A DNA stretch of 20,000 bases, taken from IMG/VR virus record IMGVR_UViG_3300005437_000001. One strand, 5' to 3'. Position 1 is the first letter of the stretch, and each line of letters starts with the position of its first letter. The translations under genes were made by a program, and so were the position numbers. Under the pieces are notes generated by a model, which saw only the letters and a program-made list of their open reading frames with translations, had not been told where the DNA came from and did no database searches. This document shows positions 6,847 to 15,367 of this stretch, one piece after another. The DNA comes from an uncultured virus (IMG/VR IMGVR_UViG_3300005437_000001) (Duplodnaviria > Heunggongvirae > Uroviricota > Caudoviricetes).

Positions 6847-7146
6847 GTGGACACTGGTGACAGCCTGGCCTACGACTCGTACCTGGGCGGGATGAACCCG
6901 GGGTCCAGTTACAGCGGCCAGCCGAACATCAAACCGACCGACCGCGCCGACATGGCGCTGCCGAAAGTGGGCGCGAGCGTGCGCCACGCCAAGAGCGGCG
7001 AGAGCGGCACGGTTGTCGGGCACGTGCGCCACGGCTACTCGGCCGAGCGGCTGCCCGTGGTGAAGTGGAACGGCCAGCCGGGCGGTCCCGGGGACGCTCC
7101 CCCGTCGCAGGGGTACTCGCTCGACAGTTTGACAAACCCGACATGA
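6847..7146 (+). CDS. SH3-like paralog C
   Basis: LPKVGASVRHAKSGESGTVVGH...W.G...QGY. Confidence 0.78.
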   Translation: MDTGDSLAYDSYLGGMNPGSSYSGQPNIKPTDRADMALPKVGASVRHAKSGESGTVVGHVRHGYSAERLPVVKWNGQPGGPGDAPPSQGYSLDSLTNPT

Positions 7147-7203
7147 CAGCGAGTCAAATAGTAGTGTCCTGGTAGCAGTACTCGGTCCGGTGTATACTGG
7201 CAG

Positions 7204-7361
7204 GACCAGCTTCAGGCTGTGGGGAAGCAGCCGGGGCCGGAGCGGCCCAGAGTGCGCGCATGCCGGATGCCGACCTGTGGCCGGGACGACGGTCAGGAGA
7301 CTGGTCGAGGCGGGACAGCCCGCAAGTCGAGACCCCCGGTGGCCGAAAGCACGGGGGCCTC
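7204..7361 (+). ncRNA. candidate structured ncRNA
   Basis: TATACT 7193-7198; closing helix GACCAG 7204-7209/CTGGTC 7301-7306 enclosing several hairpins; two further hairpins to 7361. Confidence 0.45.
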
Positions 7362-7378
7362 GGCGCTATAATGACGGA

Positions 7379-7612
7379 GTGAGATACCCCTTTGACGAGT
7401 GGCTGGACGGCCGGGAGTGGACCCTGGTCCGGCCGCGCGACTTCACCGGTCCGGCCGAGACGATGGTCCACAGGCTCAGGAGTGCCGCCGCCGCCCGGGG
7501 CCGCACTCTGACCGCCGACATCCAGCCCGGCGGCAAGTTCATCACGATAAGGTCCGAGGCCAGGACCGTGGTCAGTGTTCAATCGGAGACGCAAGCGGGA
7601 GGGGTGGCGTAG
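7379..7612 (+). CDS. small hypothetical protein (VRYPFDEWLDGREW...), probably leaderless
   Basis: TATAAT-N6-GTG; abuts the next gene. Confidence 0.75.
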   Translation: MRYPFDEWLDGREWTLVRPRDFTGPAETMVHRLRSAAAARGRTLTADIQPGGKFITIRSEARTVVSVQSETQAGGVA

Positions 7613-8176
7613 GTGACCGAGACGATCGACGACGAGCCGCCGCCCGGGTTCCTCAAGAGCCCGGCGGCGATCGCCCGGTGGAACCGCGAGAAGGCCCAGA
7701 AGCGGTGGCTGCGGCAGCAGGCGTACGACCTGCGCAAGACCAACCACTCGCTGGCGCAGATCGCGGCGATCCAGGGCTGCACGATCGCCACGGCCCGCAA
7801 GCGGTACGAGCAGGCGATCAAGGAGTACGTTCCGGAAGAGCTGATCAAAGAGATCCGCGCGATGGAGCTGGACCGGTACGACGCCCTGCAGCAGACACTC
7901 CTGCCGATGATTGAGGAGCGCCGTCGGCTCAAGGATGTCGATGGGTTTATGAAGCTGTTCAACGGGTACCTGTCGGTGAGCGACCGGCGGATCAAGCTGA
8001 CGGGCGCGGCGGCGCCGGTCCAGGTTAGGATCGACGGCACCATCGTGCAGGAGTCCGAGCAGGACCGGGAGCTGAAGCGGCTGATCAAGGACGCCGAAGA
8101 GGTAAACCGGGAGTTCGACCGGATGGCGTCGGCGGCCGGAGCGCAGGACGAGGAGCCATGGACGTCAGGAAGCTGA
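7613..8176 (+). CDS. HTH protein, probable terminase small subunit
   Basis: HTH AYDLRK..HSLAQIAAIQGCTIATARKRY, then ELDRYDAL...DRRIKLTGAAAP as in actinophage TerS-like proteins; GGAGG RBS. Confidence 0.7.
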   Translation: MTETIDDEPPPGFLKSPAAIARWNREKAQKRWLRQQAYDLRKTNHSLAQIAAIQGCTIATARKRYEQAIKEYVPEELIKEIRAMELDRYDALQQTLLPMIEERRRLKDVDGFMKLFNGYLSVSDRRIKLTGAAAPVQVRIDGTIVQESEQDRELKRLIKDAEEVNREFDRMASAAGAQDEEPWTSGS

Positions 8177-8601
8177 TCCGACCGGCCGTGTTCGGGGCGT
8201 TCGACGGGCTGGTCACCGTGCTGGGCGCGGTGTTCCAGCTGGCCCACGATCCCCGGGCGATGTGGCTGACCACGGTCGGGCTGGCGATCGGCGGGGTGAT
8301 CAGCATGGGCGGCGGCGAGTGGCTGTCCGACAGCGAGCACGGGCTGTTCGCATCGCTCACCATCGGCTCGACCACCGGCCTGGGCACGATTCTGCCCGCC
8401 CTGCCGTACGTCGTGGTGCACGGCTGGGCCGGAGTGGTACTGTCCAGCGTCTTGTGCCTGGCGGCGGCCACCGGGATAGCCTGGGCCCGCGTGGGACCCT
8501 CCAAGACCCTCAGAAGGGCTCTGGCTGAGACTCACGGCCTGCTGGCGGTCGCCGCCGGGCTGACCCTGCTGGCCGCCTGGGCAACCGGTGCGGTAGGGTA
8601 G
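8158..8601 (+). CDS. VIT1/CCC1-family membrane protein (short form)
   Basis: RPAVFGAFDGLVT, ISMGGGEWLS, ILPALPY; about 5 hydrophobic segments. Confidence 0.8.
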   Translation: MDVRKLIRPAVFGAFDGLVTVLGAVFQLAHDPRAMWLTTVGLAIGGVISMGGGEWLSDSEHGLFASLTIGSTTGLGTILPALPYVVVHGWAGVVLSSVLCLAAATGIAWARVGPSKTLRRALAETHGLLAVAAGLTLLAAWATGAVG

Positions 8602-8607
8602 TGTACT

Positions 8608-9189
8608 ATGAAGCCAGCCAACACCCCGCTGACACGGATCGACCTGGGGACACCGGCCCTGCAGTGGCCGGACTTCGACCGGGTGACGATCTCGCTGCAG
8701 TCGCCCGACGACAAGGGCGCCGTGGCGTACTACTTCGACACGCTGGCCAAGAGCGGCAAGGCGGGCGACCACTGGGGCGCGGTCGGCCGAGCGGCATGCG
8801 CCTACCTGCTCGGCCTGGTCAGGTCCAGAAGTCTGCAGCTGGTGCGCGGCCCGTACCTGACGGTGGCCGAGGACGCCGCCGTTCCGGACGGCTGGACGAT
8901 GATCCGCGCGATGGTCTGGGTGGAAGAGTTCGACGTGGTGGTCGAGCCCGAGCCCGTCTACTTCGTCACGATCAACGGCCGATCGTATGAGGTAGAGACC
9001 CGCGACGGCCGACTGACCTACTCTGACGTGGTCATCTTCGCCGACATGGACCCCGAGCTTAACCCGACGGTGACGTACCGGCGTACCGAGACGGACGGCG
9101 GAGGTGGCGGCGTCTTGACCCGGGGACAGAGCGTCAGGATCCGACAGAGAGGGACGGTGTTCGATGTCGCCCACACCGGCAGCGCCTGA
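8608..9189 (+). CDS. two-domain protein with C-terminal Multi-ubiquitin-like (beta-grasp) domain
   Basis: VTINGRSYEV...LTYSDVV...TVTY...G.LTRGQSVRI..GTVFDV.HT pattern. Confidence 0.7.
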   Translation: MKPANTPLTRIDLGTPALQWPDFDRVTISLQSPDDKGAVAYYFDTLAKSGKAGDHWGAVGRAACAYLLGLVRSRSLQLVRGPYLTVAEDAAVPDGWTMIRAMVWVEEFDVVVEPEPVYFVTINGRSYEVETRDGRLTYSDVVIFADMDPELNPTVTYRRTETDGGGGGVLTRGQSVRIRQRGTVFDVAHTGSA

Positions 9190-9424
9190 GCCGCGCCCGG
9201 CCAGCGCACCGGCTCCGCACACGGTGACCACGCGGCACGCCGACGACGGTACCGGCCTGATGGTCGGCCACCTGCTGTGCGACGCACCGGAGGTGTACGT
9301 ACCGGCCATGCCGCCGGACGAGGGCGGGTCGTACTACGTGCTGGCCATCGACATCATCCAGGCCGTCATCGGCCACGAATGCCCCGGCGGCACCGAGGGC
9401 CAGACCGTGGGGAGCCTGCTGTGA
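9164..9424 (+). CDS. small hypothetical protein; start may be GTG 9224
   Basis: GTGA coupling to the next ORF; GC3 bias. Confidence 0.6.
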   Translation: MSPTPAAPEPRPASAPAPHTVTTRHADDGTGLMVGHLLCDAPEVYVPAMPPDEGGSYYVLAIDIIQAVIGHECPGGTEGQTVGSLL

Positions 9425-9882
9425 TCGAGGTCGAGAATCTGGCACCGCAGGACGGCGACCCGGAGCTGTGCCGCGAGGTGATCGACGCCGGGCCGGTACG
9501 CGAGATCGTCGACTGGTTGCACGCCAACGAGTGCCCCGACTTCGCCGAGCGGGTCCGGCTTTTGGACCAGCAGAACGCGGCGCGCGGGCGCGAGCTGGAG
9601 CGGCTGCGTGCCCTGCTGGCGGTCGACCTGAAGGACGCGGTGACCGCCGAGAGTGAGCTGAATCAGCGCCAGGTCGACAACCTTCTGGGTCAGATCAAGC
9701 AGTCCCGCCAGGACGCAGACGAGCTGCACCGGGAGTATCAGGATCAGCTGGCGCAGCTGCAAGAAAAGCTGGTCCGAGCCAAGGACAAGGCCAACCTGTT
9801 CTATCGGGGATGGGTGGCGGCCGAGGCCAGGCAGGCGGTGTCTGAGGTCCGGCGAGCGATACAGCAGGCGGTGAGGACGTGA
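9421..9882 (+). CDS. coiled-coil protein
   Basis: GGGAG RBS; heptad-rich E/Q/L/R sequence; coupled at both ends. Confidence 0.75.
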   Translation: MIEVENLAPQDGDPELCREVIDAGPVREIVDWLHANECPDFAERVRLLDQQNAARGRELERLRALLAVDLKDAVTAESELNQRQVDNLLGQIKQSRQDADELHREYQDQLAQLQEKLVRAKDKANLFYRGWVAAEARQAVSEVRRAIQQAVRT

Positions 9883-10400
9883 CCTACCCGGGAGCGCGGC
9901 GCGGCGGGAAGGACGTACACGTCGGCCCGTTCGGCGAGTACAAGTGTGACCCGCCTCGGATGATGGCCGAGTTGCACAAGGGCGTCGAGGAGATATTCAA
10001 GCATACCGCGATGTACCCGTGCGTGGTATACCTGAACGAGGTGGATGTCAAGGCGTTCATCGAGTTCTACATCCAGCCCGGCGTGCCGGTGGACCTGGAC
10101 AGGGTGGCGGGCGGCCGGATACTGGACACGCCGTTCGTCACCAAGGATGTCAAGCCGGGCACCGCCTACTTCCGGCAGTGTCCGCTGATGCACGCGTCCG
10201 ACGCCGACTGCGTGTACGCCCGGGAGGCGGAGAAGGCGTCGATCCGGTCGGCGGTGGGCGCCAGCACCACGCGGCTGTACTCCCACCCGCAGCACCGGGT
10301 GATCCGCCCCACGTTCATCGACCGATTGGTAGCGTCGGGGTACTCCGACGAGCAGGTCGCCTCATGGATAAGGGGCCAGCATGGCGACCTTGGTCGATGA
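9879..10400 (+). CDS. hypothetical protein
   Basis: GTGA coupling; GC3 bias. Confidence 0.75.
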   Translation: MTYPGARRGGKDVHVGPFGEYKCDPPRMMAELHKGVEEIFKHTAMYPCVVYLNEVDVKAFIEFYIQPGVPVDLDRVAGGRILDTPFVTKDVKPGTAYFRQCPLMHASDADCVYAREAEKASIRSAVGASTTRLYSHPQHRVIRPTFIDRLVASGYSDEQVASWIRGQHGDLGR

Positions 10401-10566
10401 GTCGAGGGTGTGCCAGGGCCAGCCGCTGACCGACCAGGTCGGCGGCCCGTGCTCCCTGTGCAGGCACACACCGCACCCCTGGATGCGCTGTCTGAACTGC
10501 GTGCTGGAGCAGAAGATCGAGCAGATCGACGAGCTGATCGGGAGGTACCGTGAGCGGCTTTCCTGA
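10381..10566 (+). CDS. small Cys-rich protein
   Basis: C...CSLCRH..H...CLNC followed by a short helix. Confidence 0.6.
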   Translation: MATLVDESRVCQGQPLTDQVGGPCSLCRHTPHPWMRCLNCVLEQKIEQIDELIGRYRERLS

Positions 10567-11026
10567 CGGGTCGGCCAACGCTGAGCCCGAGCGCAACGTC
10601 AACGCACCGATGCGCAACCGCACGTCCAAGGGCTGGCCCCAGGACGTCGGGCGGACAGGCAGCCCGGGGGCGCCGGGCACGGTGGATCCGTCCAGCCGAC
10701 AGCTGGGCAACCCGCAGTACGTGCGGCACCCGGACAGCAGCGAGCTGGTGTACGACGTGTTCAGCGCGACCCCCGTCCAGCAGGTGGTGATGCATGGCAA
10801 CCGCGAAGTGGGCCGGATCAACCAGCGCAGCGGGCTCTGGGAGCCCACCATTCACCCCGACGTTCATGCAGGCAATCCGCACCATCCCCGCACCGGTCCC
10901 GGGTTCGTCAACGCCTCGGACGCCGTTCACCACCTTACGACCTTCCACCGGGACGTGGCCCAGATCGAGAATGTGGGGGGGTGGCGTCCCCGTGCCGGAG
11001 AGGGACCCAACCTGCCCGGACACTGA
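10550..11026 (+). CDS. hypothetical protein with disordered N-terminus
   Basis: GGAGG RBS before GTG; GC3 bias. Confidence 0.75.
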   Translation: MSGFPDGSANAEPERNVNAPMRNRTSKGWPQDVGRTGSPGAPGTVDPSSRQLGNPQYVRHPDSSELVYDVFSATPVQQVVMHGNREVGRINQRSGLWEPTIHPDVHAGNPHHPRTGPGFVNASDAVHHLTTFHRDVAQIENVGGWRPRAGEGPNLPGH

Positions 11027-11996
11027 CGCGTTCGGCCAGCCCAAGCTGTACGCCCGCAGATTCGGGTTCGACGCGGGCCCCGCCCAGCTGTTCGTGTCCC
11101 CGGTCGGCGGGGACGGCTGGCAGGATGTCGGTACAGTTACCGGGCTGACCATGGAGATCCACCCGACCAGCGACGACATCGAGCTGGGGCGGGCGATCCA
11201 GGAGTACATCGGCTACCAGTGCACCCACAGGTTCAGTGGGCTGCTGCGTACCGAGTCGTGGCCGATGGCGCCGCTGCGGGCCCAGCAGCGCTACCCGTGG
11301 CACGACTGGTACGACCGGGTGACGCGTCCGGCGGTCACAGTACGGTGGAAGACCTGGTACGCGGGCATCCGCTGGCGATACGACGCCTGGTCCGGCCTGT
11401 ATGTCGACGAACACACCATCTATCGGCGGGCCGCCCCCGTCGACCGGTATATGTCGTCCTACCGGATGGCGGACGACATATTCGGCGATCCGGCCGAGCA
11501 CGAGCGGGCCGCGCTGTGGCGTCGGCTGTTCGCCGCCGCGCCCCCCGAGCTGGACAACGAGCCGTTTGTCGAAGTGGCGGCGTCCAGGTACGACCACCCG
11601 GCGCGCGGCGGCAGCCTCAGCACGGACCAGATAGACGATTATCTGTTGGCCATGGTCAAGGGAGTACAGGGGGCGGCCGAGCGACTGCAGCGCGAGGAGG
11701 AATGGTTTATCCAGGAGCGCAACCGCAGGCTGGACCGGTGGTACCCTGGCTGGCGGGATGCGTTTGAAATGGCGGCTCAGCTGACCGCCGGTCAGGAGGT
11801 CGATACCGGTGCCGACGACGCGGAGCAGGTCGGGCGGGGCGCACAGCAGCCCGGGTCCGATGCACAGCCAGAAGCAGTGGCGCTTCCTGTTCGCGACCCA
11901 CAAGACGTTCGCCCACAGGTGGGCCGATCAGGTGGTGGCGGAGCGGGGGCCGAAGACGGGCTATCACAGCCTGCCGGTGAGGAAGGGTGTGCGTAA
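10971..11996 (+). CDS. hypothetical Trp/Arg/Tyr-rich protein; start uncertain
   Basis: Long ORF filling the operon; tail overlaps the next gene. Confidence 0.65.
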   Translation: MWGGGVPVPERDPTCPDTDAFGQPKLYARRFGFDAGPAQLFVSPVGGDGWQDVGTVTGLTMEIHPTSDDIELGRAIQEYIGYQCTHRFSGLLRTESWPMAPLRAQQRYPWHDWYDRVTRPAVTVRWKTWYAGIRWRYDAWSGLYVDEHTIYRRAAPVDRYMSSYRMADDIFGDPAEHERAALWRRLFAAAPPELDNEPFVEVAASRYDHPARGGSLSTDQIDDYLLAMVKGVQGAAERLQREEEWFIQERNRRLDRWYPGWRDAFEMAAQLTAGQEVDTGADDAEQVGRGAQQPGSDAQPEAVALPVRDPQDVRPQVGRSGGGGAGAEDGLSQPAGEEGCA

Positions 11997-12003
11997 GCGA
12001 TGA
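11809..12003 (+). CDS. small basic phage protein (SQKQWRFLFATH...RW...LP.R)
   Basis: AGGAGG at 11794-11799; ATGA coupling to 12000; motif recalls small basic proteins seen in phage genomes. Confidence 0.7.
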   Translation: MPTTRSRSGGAHSSPGPMHSQKQWRFLFATHKTFAHRWADQVVAERGPKTGYHSLPVRKGVRKR

Positions 12004-12554
12004 CCGAGGAGCAGCCCGAGCCGACCGGCTCGGAACCGCCTGAGCTGCCCGACCTCCTCAACACGTACTACATCATCGAGGCCGAGACCGTGCTGTTCGG
12101 CCAGCGTCTCAACCTTCGGCAGGCCGTGCCCCGGGAGCAGTGGGAGGGCATGGGCTCCGGCTTCCAGGAGTCCTACATCAAGAACATGATCCAGCGGATG
12201 GGCGTCGAGGCGGCTACGTGGCTGGCGGCCGAGGGCCATCTGCGCATGAATGTCACCGCGCCAGCCCGGCGGGACAGCAGCTTCGACGCGTTCGCACAGG
12301 ACCAGTCGGCGATGTCCCGTCCGTACCGGTCCGGGGTCAAGGCGCAGGACGCCCGCGTCCGGCTGGAGTTTGTCGGCGGCCCGCTACATGGACAGGAGCG
12401 GCTGTCCGACGGGTACCTGCCCCGTAGCATCAATGTCCTGTACAAGCTGTCGCCGTTGTCCGACACGCACGGCACGGCCGTGTACGCCCGGGACGAGAAC
12501 CAGAACGGGGCGGAGCAGGGCGCGGTCCGCTACCGCTACATCAGGGATCTGTGA
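12000..12554 (+). CDS. hypothetical protein with C-terminal FVGGPLHG domain
   Basis: Coupled ORF; GGP.xG motif common in small actinobacterial and phage proteins. Confidence 0.75.
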   Translation: MTEEQPEPTGSEPPELPDLLNTYYIIEAETVLFGQRLNLRQAVPREQWEGMGSGFQESYIKNMIQRMGVEAATWLAAEGHLRMNVTAPARRDSSFDAFAQDQSAMSRPYRSGVKAQDARVRLEFVGGPLHGQERLSDGYLPRSINVLYKLSPLSDTHGTAVYARDENQNGAEQGAVRYRYIRDL

Positions 12555-13081
12555 TGGCGATGATGAAGACGGTCGAGCCGCCGCTCGGGTCGATCGGGCT
12601 GGTCCGGATCCGGGGCCGGTGGGGCCTGGTCATCAGGATCCTGCAATGGCTGAACGGCGACGGGTTCGCCGACATCGAGCACGCGCTGGTATACGTCGGC
12701 GCTGGAGAAGTGGTCGGCGCGTTCCCGGGCGGCGCCCGCCGGGACACGCTGGCCTCATATCTGGAGCAGGGGTACGAGATCGAGTGGATCGAGTGTCCGC
12801 CGCAGTACGGCGCCGCCGTGGCGATGTGGGCCCGCTCGTTCGTCGGCGTCAAGTACTCGTTCCTGGACTACCTGGCGCTGGCGCTGCACCGGTTCCGCAT
12901 CCCGGTGCCGTGGCTGCGTGACTACATCAGGTCGTCCGGGCACATGATCTGCAGCCAGCTCGCCGACCGGGCGGCCAAGCTGGCCGGGTGGCACCTGTTC
13001 GCCGACGGCCGCTGGGACGGCTACGTCACGCCCGGCGCCCTGCGCAGGCTGCGGGCCCGGCTGCTGGGGCTGGCCGCATGA
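12551..13081 (+). CDS. permuted papain-like (NlpC/P60, YaeF/YiiX-type) enzyme
   Basis: His motif EHALVYVG precedes Cys motif MICSQLAD; VGVKYSF; YVTPGAL. Confidence 0.82.
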   Translation: MMAMMKTVEPPLGSIGLVRIRGRWGLVIRILQWLNGDGFADIEHALVYVGAGEVVGAFPGGARRDTLASYLEQGYEIEWIECPPQYGAAVAMWARSFVGVKYSFLDYLALALHRFRIPVPWLRDYIRSSGHMICSQLADRAAKLAGWHLFADGRWDGYVTPGALRRLRARLLGLAA

Positions 13082-13302
13082 CCGGTCGCAACATCGTCCC
13101 GATGTCTGACAATCCGCATAGACAGCCTGACCAGTGCACCGGCGGGTGGGGCAGCCAGCGTTTGTACCGAGGTCCTTACTGCGCAACCTGTGGTTTTCAC
13201 CCGTCAGAGACCCAGTGGGAACACTGCCCGCTGTATCAACGATGTGACGGGTGTACCGATGCGGACAATCCGTGCGGTGTTCGCCAACTGATGGTACGGT
13301 GA
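13078..13302 (+). CDS. small Cys-rich protein
   Basis: ATGA coupling; CATC...CDGC; weaker GC3 bias. Confidence 0.55.
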   Translation: MTGRNIVPMSDNPHRQPDQCTGGWGSQRLYRGPYCATCGFHPSETQWEHCPLYQRCDGCTDADNPCGVRQLMVR

Positions 13303-13309
13303 TACTCAG

Positions 13310-13687
13310 ATGACAGGCGGTCAACTACCGACCTCTGGGTGGCTGCTGCCGCCGGGCGACCCGGACTCGGTCACCTTGACGGTGGTGCCCACGGTCGGCC
13401 GATGGGCCACCGCCCCCGATGTCCGCCCGGCGTACGTCGGCGAGATGGTGCACCTGGCGCGGCCGGACGGGTCGTGCTGGTCCGCGCTGGTGACGCAGCT
13501 GCACGACGACCCGGACCGGGACCCGGTCTACGGACGCCACGTCGGCCTGACCGTGTTCCGTCCGCCCGCGTTCGCCAGGAACAGCCTGATCACCGAGGCG
13601 GTCGACCGCACGGCATTCGACGGACACGGCGCGCCCGGCACCTGGCACCACGTGGACACGTGGCCCGTCCACCGGTCGCACCAGTAA
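13310..13687 (+). CDS. hypothetical phage protein (VG..VH...A.VT...L.VF.P...GTWH type)
   Basis: Recurring phage small beta-barrel pattern; GC3 bias. Confidence 0.72.
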   Translation: MTGGQLPTSGWLLPPGDPDSVTLTVVPTVGRWATAPDVRPAYVGEMVHLARPDGSCWSALVTQLHDDPDRDPVYGRHVGLTVFRPPAFARNSLITEAVDRTAFDGHGAPGTWHHVDTWPVHRSHQ

Positions 13688-13696
13688 AATACTGGC

Positions 13697-15367
13697 GTGA
13701 CGGTAACCGAGGACGCCACCTCTCTCAATTTCGGCGACAGCGATTCAGTAGGGTCGACTGACGCGGGAGGGGTGGCGTACCTGGCCGGGCTCACATCTAC
13801 CGACCTGAACCCGCAGGCGTACGTCACCCGGCATCACCCCAAGCTACTCAAGTCGCCCGAGGGCCGCCGCGCCCTGACCAAGTACGACCCCCTCCTGTTC
13901 GCCCTGCTGTATCTGCGCCACCATCTGCGGGCGCCAGCCACGAGAAACCGGATCACCCTTTGTGACGCGCACCTGGAGTGGTGCCAGCAGGCACTGCAGC
14001 GGGTGCTGACTCCGGCCCTGCGGCCACGGCAGAACCGGGACGCCTACGTCGCCCCGCGTGAGACTGGCAAGTCGACGTGGCACTTCCTGATCCTGCCGCT
14101 GTGGGAGGCGGCGCACGGGCACCGCAAGTTCATCGCCGCCTTTGCCGACTCGGGCACCCAGGCGGAGATGCACCTGCAGACGTTCAAGAACGAGCTGGAC
14201 ACCAACACCCTGCTGAAAAGGGACTTCCCCGACCTGTGCGAGCCCGCCGTCCGGGCGCGCGGGATGACGCTGTCGGACACCAAGGGCCTGACGATCCGCA
14301 AGTCGGGGTTCGTGTTCGGGGCGCGCGGCGCCGACTCCAAGACCCTGGGCATGAAGGTCGGCCACACACGGCCGGACAAGCTGATCCTGGACGACATCGA
14401 GCCGGGCGAGGACCAGTACAGCGAGTACCAGATCGAAGGCCGTCTGAACACGGTCACCGATGTCATCATGCCGCTGAACGAGTACGCCGACGTGGTGATC
14501 TCGGGCACGGTGACCATGCCCGGCTCGATCGTGCACCAGCTGGTCAAATCGGTCACGGAGCCGGACGAGGAGCACCCGGAGTGGATCCGGGAGCAGAACA
14601 TACGGGTGCACTACCACGCCCCGATCATCGTCGCCGACGACGGGTCGGAGCGCTCCATCTGGCCCGCCAAGTGGCCGCTGGACTACCTGCTGGGGATCCG
14701 GCACACGCGGTCGTATCTCAAGAACTTTGCCAACAGCCCGATGGGCCTGGATGGGGACTACTGGTCCAAGGACGACTTCGAGTATGGGTCGCTGCCGTTC
14801 AAGACCAAGGTGGCGCTGTCGATCGACCCAGCCGACAAGACCAAGAAGACCAGCGACTGGACCGGGTTGGCCGTGGTCGGCTGGATGCCGCCGCCCAGGA
14901 AGGACCCCCGGCGCCAGACCACTGATGCCGAGGACATCACGGCCATGATATTCGGCAACCTGGGCGCGTGCGAGGTCATGCACGCCGAGCAGGTCAAGCT
15001 GGTCGGAGAGCGCCTGCGCCAGAAGGTGCTGCAGATCCTGGAGGCGTTCCCGGAGATCGGCCTGGTCGTGGTCGAGGTCAACAAGGGCGGCGAGCACTGG
15101 TACGACATCCTGCACCATCTGCCGTGCAAGATCCAGCTGATCGACTCCACCATCGACAAGCGGGTGCGGGCAGCGCACGCGCTGGCGCACTACCAGCGCC
15201 ACCGGGTCAAGCACACCCAGCGCATGTCGGCGCTGGAGGAGCAGATGGTCGGCTTCCCCAAGGCTCCGAACGACGACATGGTGGACGCCGTCGGCGCGCT
15301 GGTCACCAGGTTCCTGCGCCGACCTGAGGCCAAGCCCGGCGTGCGCGCCGTGGGCGGATACGCGTAG
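13697..15367 (+). CDS. terL: terminase large subunit
   Basis: Walker A APRETGKST, Walker B LILDDIE, nuclease motifs SIDPA, DWTG and FPKAPNDDMVDA. Confidence 0.95.
   Translation: MTVTEDATSLNFGDSDSVGSTDAGGVAYLAGLTSTDLNPQAYVTRHHPKLLKSPEGRRALTKYDPLLFALLYLRHHLRAPATRNRITLCDAHLEWCQQALQRVLTPALRPRQNRDAYVAPRETGKSTWHFLILPLWEAAHGHRKFIAAFADSGTQAEMHLQTFKNELDTNTLLKRDFPDLCEPAVRARGMTLSDTKGLTIRKSGFVFGARGADSKTLGMKVGHTRPDKLILDDIEPGEDQYSEYQIEGRLNTVTDVIMPLNEYADVVISGTVTMPGSIVHQLVKSVTEPDEEHPEWIREQNIRVHYHAPIIVADDGSERSIWPAKWPLDYLLGIRHTRSYLKNFANSPMGLDGDYWSKDDFEYGSLPFKTKVALSIDPADKTKKTSDWTGLAVVGWMPPPRKDPRRQTTDAEDITAMIFGNLGACEVMHAEQVKLVGERLRQKVLQILEAFPEIGLVVVEVNKGGEHWYDILHHLPCKIQLIDSTIDKRVRAAHALAHYQRHRVKHTQRMSALEEQMVGFPKAPNDDMVDAVGALVTRFLRRPEAKPGVRAVGGYA

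Noticed and set aside
7579..9309. 576-aa minus-strand ORF and other long antisense or off-frame ORFs (for example 13844-15214, 17641-18855, 10166-11209)
   Set aside because: Shadow ORFs of high-GC genes; they overlap well-supported genes, are rich in Arg/Gly/Pro/Ala and show no motifs
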